The notes beneath the pieces are model-generated. The model did no database searches and was not told the origin of the DNA. It saw nothing but the letters and a program-made list of their open reading frames with translations. A stretch of DNA of 64,000 bases from Chiloscyllium plagiosum (taxonomy: Eukaryota): positions 45,840,229 through 45,904,228 of the forward strand of contig NC_057728.1 of the NCBI RefSeq assembly GCF_004010195.1. The letters run 5' to 3'. Of the stretch, positions 12,920-25,073 are shown one piece after another; the stretch's first letter is position 1, and each line of letters starts with the position of its first letter. Position numbers and translations under genes: made by a program.

Positions 12920-14210
12920 GTGAGTAGGAGCATTTAAGGAACGTAATATTGCATTTAAAAATAACCGACAAGAAAACGGGACTATGATAAGTTTTAAACT
13001 CATATCTGAAAACAAAAGCCGAATATTTTTATCGCTCCAAATTAGAGTGAGAGCATTGACATTCTTATTGAATTTTTAAAATGAAAGTTTTTTGGAATAT
13101 CAATTCCAGGTCAAATTTAACCTTAATTCTGGCAGCAAACGAGTCAACGGATTGATTGACCAGTTTGGGGGCAAATATTTTATCCATGTAAAAACGAGAG
13201 AAAAAACTTATCAAATGTAATGCTTTGCTCGCATTGTTGAAAATATTGCATCTGTTCAGAAAATTAGGACGTGACCCTGACCAACACCAATCATTGATCC
13301 AACACATTGAAAAGTGATAGGAGTTCGCTCAGACCTATGCAAGAAAGTAGTGTTTTAACAATTCTTCGATTAGAAGTAGCTAAGTTGAACTGGGGTGACT
13401 GTTGCATTATTGACAATGTGAGGATTTGAATTTTTGATGGGCATTGAGCGCTCCAAATGATTATTGCATTGCTAATTTGGTTGTGTTTATACTGTTTCCT
13501 CAGCTGTTTTCATGGAGAAATATCTGGGTAGAAATTAATTATAGTGATGGAGTTTATCATTTAATAACAGACCATTCATTGAAAGACAACTTTTCCAAAT
13601 AATTGAATTGAAATTAGATGCAAATAAGTTGAAGTCACAGCATGTTAAACAATGTAAGGATAGAAAAATTGTTATATAAACTACAGAAGAATTTGTACAG
13701 GTTAACTTTAATATAAAACTAGTTAATTGTCTGCATACTGTGCGAGCATACTCTAGGGAAAGCTCAGACTTTGCTAAGATACCAATTATTTATTTGAGTA
13801 TAAATGATTAATCTTAATTCCCATGCATGAAATACAGCCTGCCAAATTAACATTGCTTTCACTGTAAATGTGAAGGAATACAAAACTATACATCTTTATT
13901 AGTTCAGATAAAATTGCATTAAGGCAGTAAAATATGAAAAATTCACCCTTACATTATGCAAACCATAGTCTATGTTATAGAAGGCAATTAAAGTCTCAAC
14001 ACAGTTCATAATAATTTTAGAATGACCGCAATATGTGGCTCACAACATTTTAGTCCAGTTTGGCTGTGCATCTTGGGCAGAGGAAATGGCAAAGCAGCAG
14101 AGAAGTGAAATGGTTAATAAAATATTGGAATGAAAATGATTCTCAGATGCTTTCTTTTTCAATGGGTGAATACTGTGAATTTTGTTTGGAACTGTTTTCA
14201 GTTTCTGCAG

Positions 14211-14269
14211 CTTATACTGAAACAATACCAACGGAAGGCGAACTCCTGGATCATCTTTATGCTTTAAAG
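14211..14269 (+). CDS. NTS: Neurotensin/neuromedin N precursor, coding exon 2
   Basis: Acceptor ttttcagtttctgcag|, donor AAG|gtaggt; 59 bp, phase 1 to 0; AYTETIPTEGELLDHLYALK aligns loosely with mammalian DSEEEMKALEADFLTNMHTSK. Confidence 0.75.
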
Positions 14270-15112
14270 GTAGGTCTGTTTTGATGAAATGAAAATTTGT
14301 ATAAAAAGCATGTCATGTACTGAAGCAGATACCTAATATTAGTGTAAGCAGTTTTAATCTGAAAATTGGGAGTATTTAAAAGAAATCACGTCTCAGGTTT
14401 CCTGCGGCAATTTTTTTGCTACAATTCAACAAGGATAGAATCATGGAATAGAAAGATAGAACCATACAGCACAGAAAGAGACTATTGATCTGATTAGGTC
14501 TGTGCTAGCTCTGAAATATTAATTAATTAGTCCCACTGCCCTGCTCTTTCCCTTTCACCCTGGAATTATTTTCTTTTAAAGTGAAGGTCCAGTCCTCGTT
14601 TAGAAGCTAGCATTGGATCTTTCAAACATTTCAGATCATAGCATGATGTCATGTCCCTAATTCAAAGCTTCATTTAGATTTTAAATCAATTGTTATATCT
14701 GGTGGTTTGATTTGCAACACATCTGCCAATGGAGACCCATTTATCCTTGCCTATTCTATCACTAGTGATGGTACATTTAAGTTATATTAATAAACTTTTG
14801 GCAGTGTCATAAAGAGGAATGAAGTCAGCAAATGAATCTGTAATATGTTTTGTGAATAGGTGATTCTTTAGCATGCATTGATCTGATTCATTTTCCCAAT
14901 ATAATTTTCAACATAGAAAATATTGATGAATGTGTATTACTTATTATTTGCATAACCTCCTAGAGATGTAACTAAATTAACAAATATAACATTTTCTTGA
15001 ATCTTTCTCCACATTTGAACTCAAACGTCAGTATTATTGTTAACCATATGCAACATAAATGACCCATTATTTCAAATCGATTACAGTCAAAGATCTGATC
15101 ACTGTGTGATAG

Positions 15113-16800
15113 TCTTCTTTCTCTTAGGCAGTTACTTGAAGCCAGGGATGACTTCCACTCCAGAGCTGTGGGTTCTGAGGTGACTAAACAGTCCAATGTT
15201 AGACTGCACACTCTGCCACTGGTGCGGCAGACAATGTTTGAAGACACTTGTGGATGGGTTGCTCAGGTTTTCAAATAGTCCTTTCTCTATTTATGTTTAC
15301 TGTCCATCCAAGCCTATCAGAGATGCTTAACATAGTTGGCACTTCTTTGAATGCACATTCTCCAGTTTGTGTGCTCAAGATCAAGAGATTATCATGAATC
15401 AACAGGCATGTGACATTTTCTCAGTAAGGATACATTGAAGCATTTTCCCTACCCTCCTGGTAACCGTTTGCTTGATGAGCTTAGATTAGAAAACTCATTT
15501 TGGATGAGAGGACAATGTGGCCACTTAATGCAACCAAATGTTAGTAACCAGTGTCTCAATTGCTGGGTATGTAGACCTGAGAGAGGACGCTGATATTGAA
15601 GCAGCTGACCTGCCAATGGATTTGCAAGATTTTGCAGAAGCATTGTTGGTGATATTTCTGCAGGAACTTGTAATGTCTACTGCACATTGTGCATGACTCC
15701 AATATACACAAAAGGGCAGATATCTTGATACAAGGTTTCAGGTCTTTGCCATCAAATACTGCTTTGCAGATGGTCAAAGGCTTCACTGACATACTGGAGG
15801 AAATCTTGAATTTTATTGTCAATCTCTGTTGTCTCTCTCAGGAGGCCCCCAAGGAATGAGTATTAATCCACATTGTCCAGTTTTCTGCTGTGAATCTTGA
15901 TAGGGATAATTTTGCATGGCAGGAGCAGGCTGGAGAGGATGTCTGGACATTTAGCTTAAGGCCTATTGTCTCATATGCTTTTAGAAATGTGCCATCATGT
16001 TTTGGAGCACAGCCTTTAAATATGTATGTGTATGCAAGTGTTAGCGTGCTGCAGCTCAATGACAAGCGATTGTGAAGGTCTTGGTTCTGGAGTGGAGATG
16101 ATGTAGGTTGAATAGTTCCTACATATCCTGTCGAAAACTTCCACTCCAGCAGGAAAGTTCATGGATATTTGGTAGAGTGTTGTATTGAGGAAAATGAAGA
16201 ATGGTGATGGTGCGATGACACAGCTTGCTTGCCTCCTTATTGACCCCATATTATAGTTTGTACACATATTGGGTCTATGGCAGATCCAAGATTGAGGATC
16301 TCAGCTGGCATATTTTGTGCAGCTTACATAGGATGATGACAGATTTCTTCAAGCAGTCCAATGTGAGGAGGATGCTCCATAATCCCTTCTGGTTGACGGA
16401 ATTAGGATTGTTGTGAGGTCAGGTATTTAGAAGTTGCTACTGCCCGTTACACATTTATTGAATTTGTCTTGCTGTGAAGGTCATGTCCAATATGCCTCTT
16501 GATGGATTGAAATGGCATTATGATTTAAGCACAAGCTCTTAACTGTTAGGGTGATAGTGATTGAGGAGGATTTTAGCAATTACCTTCCTGGTAATGGACA
16601 ACAAGGAGACCCTTCGTTAGTTGCTGCAATTGGTCTTATCTCTTTTCTTGAAGATGGTCAGAATTATGGCATCTCAAACATTTGCTGGCATGCTCTTCTC
16701 CTTCTGGCAGATGGTGAGGAGGTCATGTATTCAGGCATAGAGTGCTGTTTGACTTATTTCAGTATTGTGTCAGGGTTTCCATCTGCATAGAGGCCTTGTT
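15113..16800 (-). mobile_element. Degenerate RTE-clade LINE 3' portion (in NTS intron)
   Basis: RTE-like end (tcttctttctcttaggcagt...gatgacttccactc); minus-strand remnants QASCVIAP..F.IF, AYETIGLKLNV, YHQQCFCKILQIHWQ. Confidence 0.75.
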
Positions 16801-17899
16801 GAATCTCTGCAACAAAATGGTCTCTTTTATTGCAGTACCACTGCAATACAGATTACAGTACACTTCTGAACAATGACAATGTAAATTTACATGGCTCCAA
16901 CAGTTTCAACTTCAGTGGAGATGAGTAGAACACCTGGGAAATACCATCAATTGTCACTTTCAGCCACGTATGTAACGCGGGGATTATGTCATTCTCCACC
17001 AGGAGATAAAGTAACTCATTTATAAAATCCCCATGGCATATCTGGTCAAATTCTTTTGCAACAATTTCCATTTGCTTTGCTATCTTACTGTAAGTAAAGT
17101 GTTCCAAGGTTGTTCAGCAAAAAGATTGGCTTCCAAACTAAAGGTGGTGTGGGGAAGACAGGTAAGGAGGATGATCAAATGTTTGATTGGAATGATGGGA
17201 GTTGACTCAGCTTTTAAATATGCTGAGCACAAGAGGTGTTTATGAAGGAAAATCTCAACAACAAGGGTAAGGTAACTGAATATTTCCTAAACCATGACTT
17301 TTGTCATCGAACAGGAGAAGGGTTGTGGGTGCATGGGAACACCATCACATTCAAGATCCCCTCCAAGTTACGTACCATCCAGAATTGTACAATTATGGTT
17401 TTTCCTTCATTGTCAAGGTTAATATCCTTGCTTTCTGTATTCACTGCATAGAATGCAACAGTTGAAAGAGAAGGTAGAAGGCTCAACCCCACAATTTCAA
17501 TTGCAGTTGGGACGGCCATTAGATTCCAGTTTTGCAGGGGCTTCCATATTTCAAGAATCCATCATTTAATAAGATTTTGTTTTTAGTTCAGGGATAAAGT
17601 TAAGTAGGGAATACCTAGAACTATCAGAGGACCAAGTGGTTGTGAATAGCATATCGTTGAAAGAGGTTGAAGAGACTTTAATGAGAATACGGTAGAAAAT
17701 GGCGATGTGATGGACGGATTTGGCAAATTGGCATGTTGTCAGGCATGGCTCTGCAGGACTGGATAGGATACAGAAATTTTGGAGGCTGTGAAAGGTTACA
17801 GAAAGAACAATTCCAGCTTTAAAAGTATGCTGTGACATTTTATTGTCACTATCCTATTTAATAATTAATTTGCAGAAAGTCTGGCACTGCTGCATGGAT

Positions 17900-18868
17900 T
17901 AGGGCTCTGGGGAGTGTTATAGAACAAAGAGATCAAGGGGTACAGGTCCATAGCTCCTTGAAAGTGGAGTCTTGGTAGACAGGATGGTGGAGAAGGCTGT
18001 CAGCATGCCTTCTTTCATCCATCAGAGCACTGGGTATAGGAGTTGGGATGTCTTGTTGCAGCTGTACAAGACGTTGGTAAGGCCACATTTGGAGTACTGC
18101 ATGCTTTGGTCCCCCTACTATAGAAAGGATAAACTTAAACCAGAAAGAGTGTGGAAAATATTTACTGAGATACTACCTGGACTGGTCTGTGTTACAATGG
18201 TAGGCTGGATAGCCTGGGAAGTTTTTCCCTGGAGCATAGGACACTCAGGGGTAACCTTATAGAGGAGTTTAAAATCATGAGAGGCATAGATAAGTTAGAT
18301 AGCCAACAGTTTTTCCCTATGGTAGGGGGGAGTCTAAAGCTAGAAGGCATTGGTTTAAGTTGAGAGTATGGTGCTGGAAAAGCACAGCAGGTCAGGCAGC
18401 ATCTGAGGAGCAGGAACATCGACGTTTCAGGCAAAAGCCCTTCATCAGGAATAGCTTTTGTCCAAAACATTGATTTTCCTGCTCCTCAGATGCTGCCTGA
18501 CCTGCTGTGCTTTTTCAGCTCCACACTCTTGACTCTGACCTCCAGCATCAGCAGTCCTCACTTTCGCTAGGCATTGGTTTAAGGTGAGAGGGGAGAGTTA
18601 CAAGAGGGTCCAGAGGGGCAGTGTTTTCACAGAGAACGTGGTGAATGTCTGGAACAGGCTGCCAGAGGTAGTGTTGGAGGCAAGTACAATTTTGCCATTT
18701 CAGAAACATTTGGACAGATACATGGATGGCAAAGGTATGGAGGGAAATGGACCAAAGGTAGACAAATGGGACTAGATTAATTGTGAAAACTGGGTGCTAT
18801 GGGCAAATTGGGCCAAAGGGTCTGTTTCCATGCTGTAAATCTCTATGACTCTACGACTCTATGACTCA
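17900..18868 (+). mobile_element. CR1 LINE 3' fragment interrupted by a palindromic mini-element
   Basis: [13 protein letters not shown] motif; (GACTCTAT)n tail at about 18840-18868. Confidence 0.9.
18360..18568 (+). mobile_element. Palindromic Penelope-derived mini-insertion, family A variant
   Basis: Inverted arms join at cttcatcaggaat|agcttttgtcc (about 18452); TSD aggcattggtttaag at 18345-18359 and 18569-18583. Confidence 0.85.
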
Positions 18869-19947
18869 TACAAAATTCTGAAACATATTCCCTGAAAAAT
18901 TTAAAATGTTATTATAAAAACATATCCATTCGATGTAATTTTGTAATTTTTTTTACAGTTCATGATTCACAGTTTAATGGAAGAATAATTTTCCCTTCAG
19001 TTTATTTACTTTTATCAGATTAGTTTGATCTCAAGCTCCTAAACAGCTACTCGAGTTCTTAAAGAGCAACTCAAATAAGTCAAGTGGGACAAAGAAAGTT
19101 ATTTATTGCAAGATATATTGTAAGTTTGATTTGTAGTTTAGTACCTACTGTATAATTCACCAGTGATAGCAAAGGTTGATATTGAGTCCACATGCATGGG
19201 CGCTAGTTTTGAGCAGCTGTAGCCAACCAGGTGCCTGGTAAGTAGTCCATGGTGTTTAGATACTTGACAAAACTTTGTTGATGGAGAGACCTTGGGGCTG
19301 AGGAGGTGAGTATCCAGCCTCAGTCTATTCTTTACATGGCTTGAATTAAATACTGTATTTGTATTTGTGTCCAGAGTTCTGGCTTTATTAAATACAAACA
19401 AACCTTGCAGTTTGAATGGGGGCAGTTCAAAAGATGCAGCAGCAACAATTAGTTGAGATAACACTAACATGGGCAGCTAGGGACAGGCAATAAATGCCGA
19501 CTCAGTCAGTGATGTCCAAGTCCCATGAATTAACAAAAGATCTCAGTATATTTGGTCAGATGTATCCATTAGCTTTTAACATTATCTGCTTGTTCATTTT
19601 CCAAAAACAAATTAAAGAAAAGCTAAAAGGTAAATTTTGAAATCTTTATTCAGGTAAATTTTATTTTGAATGGGGTCAAAATCAGGTGGCTCTTCTACTA
19701 TACTCTTAACTAAACAGTAGAAGCTAAAAAACAAGACCAGGAAGGAAAATACTGAAACCAGGATGAGACTCATTGAAGGATTTCTTAAAATCTTTCCCTA
19801 ATTTGCAGCCATTACAAAGGTTTGAATTTAATAGGCAGTCACAAGCTAACCATGGAGCCCATAAAACGTTTTTGTGAACTTTTCTTCAATAATCCTCTTC
19901 TCCAAGAGAGAGGAGGTTAAGAACAGTAATAATGAAGTCATAATTAA

Positions 19948-20515
19948 AAATAAAAACAGAAAGTGCTAGAGAAACTCAGCAGAATGGCAGCGTCTGTAGA
20001 GAGAAAAATACAGTAAATGATTCAAGCCCAGTGTGAACTGAAAGGAGCTGGAAAATGGTGGATTTTACGCTGCAGACACTAGTGGGAGATGAGCAAAGGG
20101 AACAAATTGTGAGGATGTCCAGTGCTAAAGACGAAGATAGCAATAATGATGGTAAAAGAAATATAGATATGGAAAACAGGTATAAATGGTAGTTGTGGAA
20201 AGGAGGAAATAGATTTGCTCTGTTGAAAGCAAAGCCAACAAGACACAGTCAAGGGAGGGTAGGAGATGTAGTAAAAATGGAAACAGGCATTGTACTCTGG
20301 AGCTGTGAAATTCAATACTGGCGGTAAGTGCCCAAGCAGAAATGATATGTTGTTCCTCCAGTTTGCACTAGACTCCATTGGAACACTGTAGCAGGTCAAG
20401 TATGGAAATGTTAGCTTGAGAGCAAAGCGGTTTCTTGAAATGGCTAGAAACTGGAAGGCTGGGATCATTCTGCTGGAAAGATCAGATGGGTTTTGCAAAG
20501 CAATTACCTGATCTA
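19948..20515 (-). mobile_element. Degenerate Penelope-like 3' fragment (family C)
   Basis: aaaaacagaaagtgctagagaaactcagc terminus; internal sequence similar to 1850-2640. Confidence 0.6.
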
Positions 20516-22495
20516 GGTAAAGGTAACTACAAGCTACGAATACATGAGGGAGGAGCTGGCCAGAGTTGATTGAAAAGGGAGACTAACAGGGAAGATGTGG
20601 AGCAGCAATGGCAGGAATTTCTGGGGGTAATTTGGGAGACATAGCAGAAACTTATCCCAGAGAAGAAGAGACGTACTAAGGGAAGGACAAGACAACCATG
20701 GCTGGCAAGAGGTGTCAGGGATGGCACAAAAGGAAAAGATCAAAACATATAACGTGATGAAGATCAGTGGGACCAGATGTTTGTGAAACCTTTAAAAACA
20801 AGCAGACAATAACTTAAAAATAATAAGTAGGGAGAAGATGAAATATGAGGTTAAACTTGCTAGTAATGTAAAAGAAGATTTGAAGACTTGTTTCAGTTAT
20901 ATTAAAAATAAGAGGAAAACAAGAGTGGACATTGGGCCACTGGAACATGAGGCTGGACAAGTAATAAAGGTAAACAATGAAATAGCGGGGGAACTGATTA
21001 GGTACATTGCATCAGCTTTCACAGTGGAAGGCATCAGCAGCATACCAAAACTTCAAGAGAGTCAGGGCATATAGTGGCCACCATTAAGGAAAAGGTGCTG
21101 GGGAAGCTGAAAGGTCTGAAGGTAGACAAATCACCTGGACAAGATGGACTCTACCCCACAGTTCTGCAGAGGATAGCTAAGAAGATTAAAGAGGCATAAG
21201 TGGTGATCTTTCAGGCATCAGCAGCATCAGGGAGGCTCTGCGAGAACTGGGAAATTGTTAATGTAACATCCCTGTTTAAAAAGAGAGAGAGGGGGAAGAT
21301 AGGAAACAATAGGTCAGTTAGCCTAACCTAGGTTGCAGGTACAATTTTAGACTCTGTTATTAAGGAAGAGATTGCAGAGTACTTGGAAGTGCAGGGTATA
21401 ATAAGGCTTTGTCTAGGGAGGGCACCGTGGCTTTGTCAAGGGAGGTCATGCCTGACAAATCTGTTAGAATTCTTTGAGAAAGGGGAACCATTGATGTGAT
21501 CTCTATTGATTATGACCTTTGACAAGATGACGCAAAGAAGGCTGCTACATAAGATATGAACCCATGGTGTTAAGGGCAAGGTACTGGCATGGATAGAGGA
21601 TTGAGTAACTGGCAGAAGGCAGAGGGTGGGGTCTTTTCCGGTTGGCAGCAGGTGAATAATGGAGTTGCGCAAGGATTAGTGTTGAGACCACAACAATTCA
21701 TGTCGGACAACAAACTGGATAAAGGAACTGAGGGGATTGTTGCTAAGTTTGCATGTGACACAAAGATATGTGGAGAGAATGTAGTGTGAGGAATGGGGAG
21801 GCTGCAGAAGGATTTGGACAGGCTAGGAGAGTGGGAGAAGAAGTGGCAGATGGAATGCAATGTGGGAAATTGCACTTTAGTAGGAAGAATAGAGGTGTAG
21901 ACTATTTTCTAAATGGGAACAGCTGCAGAAACCTGAAGTTCAAATGGACTTACAGAGTCCTAGTTCAGGATTCTCATAAGGTTAGCGTGCAGGTTCAGTG
22001 GCAGTTCAAAAAGCAAATGCAATGTTAGCATTCATTTAAAGAAGGCTAGAATACAAGAGTACAGATTTATTGCTGAGGCTCTGGTAAGACCGCATTTGGA
22101 GCAGTTTCAGCCCCCGTATTTACAGAAGGATGTGTTGGCATTGGAGATGGTCCCGAGGAGGTTTAAAGAATGATCTTGGGGATGAAGGGCCTGTGATATA
22201 AGGAGTGGTTGAGGACTCTGGATCTGTACTTGATGGAGTTTAGAAGGATAAGGGTGACCTGATGGAACCATACAAAATATTGAAAGGCTTGGATAGAATG
22301 GATATGGAAAAGGTGTCTCACCTGTAGGAGAGACTAGGACCTGAGGGCACAGTCTCAGAGTGAAGGGATGACCCTTTAGAACTCAGATGAGGAGGAATTT
22401 TTTCAACCAGATGATGCTTAACTGAGGAAATCATTGCTACAGAAGGCTGTGGAGACCAAGTCATTGACTATATTTAAGACAGAGGTAGATAGGTG
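20516..22495 (+). mobile_element. Degenerate CR1 ORF2 fragment
   Basis: Remnants CFSYIKNKRKT..DIGPL, GRSCLTNLLEFFE, GVAQGLVLRP, AKFACDTKI. Confidence 0.9.
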
Positions 22496-22699
22496 CTTTG
22501 TCCAGATGTTGATGTTCAAAATCTCCTCCCATATTAAAACAGCTTGGCAATAATGTCCTCAATTTGTAACACAGAGAGTGGATAACTGATTAAAGTAAGT
22601 ATATTCTGTAATTAGTAGATGTTTAGCTAGAATTAAACTTATGGCCTATCTACAGATGAATGTTGCCTTTCATATTCTACAACATAGTTAAAGATAAGG

Positions 22700-23025
22700 T
22701 TGCACGGTGGCTCAGTGGTTAGCAGTGCTATCTCACAGCACCAGGGACCCAGGTTTGATTCCAACCTCCGGTGACTGTGCAGAATTTGCACATTCTCTCC
22801 GTGTTTGCGTGGGTTTCCTCTGGGTGCTCTGGTTTCCTCCCACAATCCAAAGATGTGTAGATTAGGTGCTAAATTGCCCATAGTGATCAGAGATATGTAG
22901 GCTAGAAGCATTTGTCAGGGGTAAATGTAGAGTAATAAGGTAGGGGAATGGGTCTGGATGGGTTACTCTTTGGAGGGACAATGTGGAAATGCTGGGCCGA
23001 ATGCCCAGTTTCCACTCTGTAGGTT
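22700..23025 (+). mobile_element. HE1-type SINE
   Basis: gcacggtggctcagtggttagc head; typical body and tail. Confidence 0.9.
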
Positions 23026-23029
23026 TTCA

Positions 23030-23170
23030 TTTCTCTCCTCATTCCTGAAGAAGGGCTCATGCCCGAAACGTCGATTCTCCTGCTCCTTGGATGCTGCCTG
23101 ACCTGCTGCGCTTTTCCAGCCACACATTTTCAGCTCAGATCTCCAGCATCTGCAGTCCTCACTTTCTCCT
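23030..23170 (+). mobile_element. Single-arm Penelope pLTR fragment, family A
   Basis: ctcattcctgaagaagggctcatgcccgaaacgtcgattctcc...cagtcctcactttctcct. Confidence 0.85.
23041..23076 (+). ncRNA. Minimal type-I hammerhead ribozyme motif, core intact
   Basis: attc-CTGAAGA-a-GGGC-tcat-GCCC-GAAA-C-GTC-gatt; predicted cleavage after 23072. Confidence 0.7.
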
Positions 23171-23358
23171 TCATGATTTCATAACCGAGCTTAAGTTTTG
23201 AATTGATAACTCCAGCATGATGCTGTCATAAAGATAATTAGAAATCTCTAATTGAGTAAATGAGTGTTTGTAAAATTGTCATTTGACATTAATCCTAATG
23301 AAATGACTAATTTTCTAAACTGTGTGATTTGTAATAGTGATGGCCATATGTTTTGTAG

Positions 23359-23523
23359 TTGTTTCAGGCACACCAAGACTATGGTGACTATGAAGATTCA
23401 GAACATAAGAAAGAAAAACACCGAAAGAGAAAATACCCATATATTTTAAAAAGACAAGTGCGTATTGGAAAATCACGTAGGCCTTATATACTGAAACGAA
23501 ATTCTGTCTTCTTGATGAATTAA
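23359..23523 (+). CDS. NTS: Neurotensin/neuromedin N precursor, terminal coding exon
   Basis: Acceptor ttttgtag|; LFQAHQDYGDYEDSEHKKEKHR-KR-KYPYIL-KR-QVRIGKSRRPYIL-KR-NSVFLMN*. Neuromedin N (23431-23448) and 13-aa neurotensin (23455-23493) lie between KR sites. Confidence 0.97.
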   Translation: MFQAHQDYGDYEDSEHKKEKHRKRKYPYILKRQVRIGKSRRPYILKRNSVFLMN

Positions 23524-24184
23524 TATTTGAATCCAGGTATAATTTTCAAGTAAAATGTGTGAGTCTTTACTGGTTACCTGACTGCACATATTACTGTGAA
23601 TAATTTCATGTTATTGAACCAATTTATTCTGATGAGAGAAGATATTAAAGAACATGAAATATACGCAGAAAAGTGTTTCAAAAGATACATTTTATGTTTC
23701 AACGATGTGTATCCTTGGATCCTCTTGATCAAAAGAGGAGATACTCAAACTTTGCATGCTGGGGGAAATTTTGCATTTCTGTGCTTCCCAGAGTGCATAT
23801 TGGATAATTTTGCATTGCCAACCTGCAGTCTTTATTCATAAAATTAAGATGGTGTAAAGGAACAAGTTGAGTGAGTGCAATTTGTCAATATGTATTTCCA
23901 GCATCAGGACCTCAGAAGCAGAACATTGCAACCACATGTTTTCCTTTTACTTGTTGTGAAAGTGCAGTTGGTTTGAAGTCAGTACATTTGAAAATGAGTA
24001 AATCTTATGTGACTAATGGTGTGAATGTTTAACTTGAGAAATTAAAATTTTCTGCATGAGATTCCTCAGGTTATGATCAGAATTGTATGTTCAGATATGC
24101 TACTGTTTATCGGTCCTAGATCTATTGTCATCACATTGTACACAACAAATCCTTTTTTGTCAGATGTATTGACTGTAAATATCA

Positions 24185-24190
24185 AATAAA
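24185..24190 (+). terminator. Candidate NTS polyadenylation signal
   Basis: First AATAAA seen downstream of the stop, about 660 bp away in repeat-free sequence. Confidence 0.45.
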
Positions 24191-24857
24191 CTTCTGTTAA
24201 AATGCAGCCGGCATTCAAAGTTGCTCTTTCACTTTGCAGTTGTGAGGGATTTTGTGTCCAAAAAACAAAGTCTTCTCAATTCATAATGTGCAGCTCCCAA
24301 AGTATTATCCTGAACCTGATGAATGCTATTATGATACCAGATAACGTACTATTGATAATGGCAGCATGAAAGGCAGGAGTCTGAGTTTCACTGGCTATGC
24401 ATAGATTTGCTAGATCATTAACTACAGTATTCAGGACAGAGCTTTTTAATATTCGGGTAGGTGAACATTTTGAAGTGATGTTTCTTTTACAGAAAATTAG
24501 GAATTTTGAGTAAATTTTCAAATTATTACTATTATCTTTCTTAGCATAAATATTTATGGAAAAAATCTTCATTCATATTGTTGAAAAAGTGTTGTGTTTG
24601 TCTTCATACACACTGATTACCTATTTGCAGGAAATGTCTTTGGGTATAATATTGGAGAACTCCTGAAAACAGATGCAAGGATTGCAATGTACAATTAAAC
24701 TCCTGTCTCTTGTTTCCAATTTTATGTTGTCTCCTCATTTAAATGAGGAGCAAACTGGAGCTGTATGTGCTGTTAGGTGACTCCATGTCTTAGCAGGCAC
24801 CCCAAGTTTGTATGACACGAGCACCACCTAAAGCTAGTCTGTACTAATAAAAGCCAG

Positions 24858-25073
24858 ATTCTGGATCAGTGGTGCTGGAAGAGCACAGCAGTTCAGGCAG
24901 CATCCGAGGACAGGCAAAATCGACGTTTCGGGCAAAAGCCCTTCATTCCTGATGAAGGGCTTTTGCCCGAAACGTCGATTTTGCCTGTCCTCGGATGCTG
25001 CCTGAACTGCTGTGCTCTTCCAGCACCACTGATCCAGAATCTGGTTTCCAGCATCTGCAGTCATTGTTTTTAC
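24858..25073 (+). mobile_element. Young palindromic Penelope-derived mini-insertion
   Basis: Perfect 93-bp inverted arms (24854-24946 and 24952-25044), 5-nt loop; TSD ctaataaaagccag at 24844-24857 and 25074-25087. Confidence 0.92.
24945..24980 (+). ncRNA. Minimal hammerhead ribozyme motif, core intact
   Basis: attc-CTGATGA-a-GGGC-tttt-GCCC-GAAA-C-GTC-gatt; predicted cleavage after 24976. Confidence 0.7.

Noticed and set aside
16836..17100. Exon-like stretch (ttttattgcag acceptor, later gtaagt) as NTS exon 3
   Set aside because: The phase-0 frame stops after about 30 codons and shows no NTS similarity.
19019..19311. tttatcag|ATTAGT acceptor and GAG|gtgagt donor as NTS exon 3
   Set aside because: In-frame stops follow the acceptor and precede the donor; the LTKLC resemblance is too weak to support even a pseudo-exon call.
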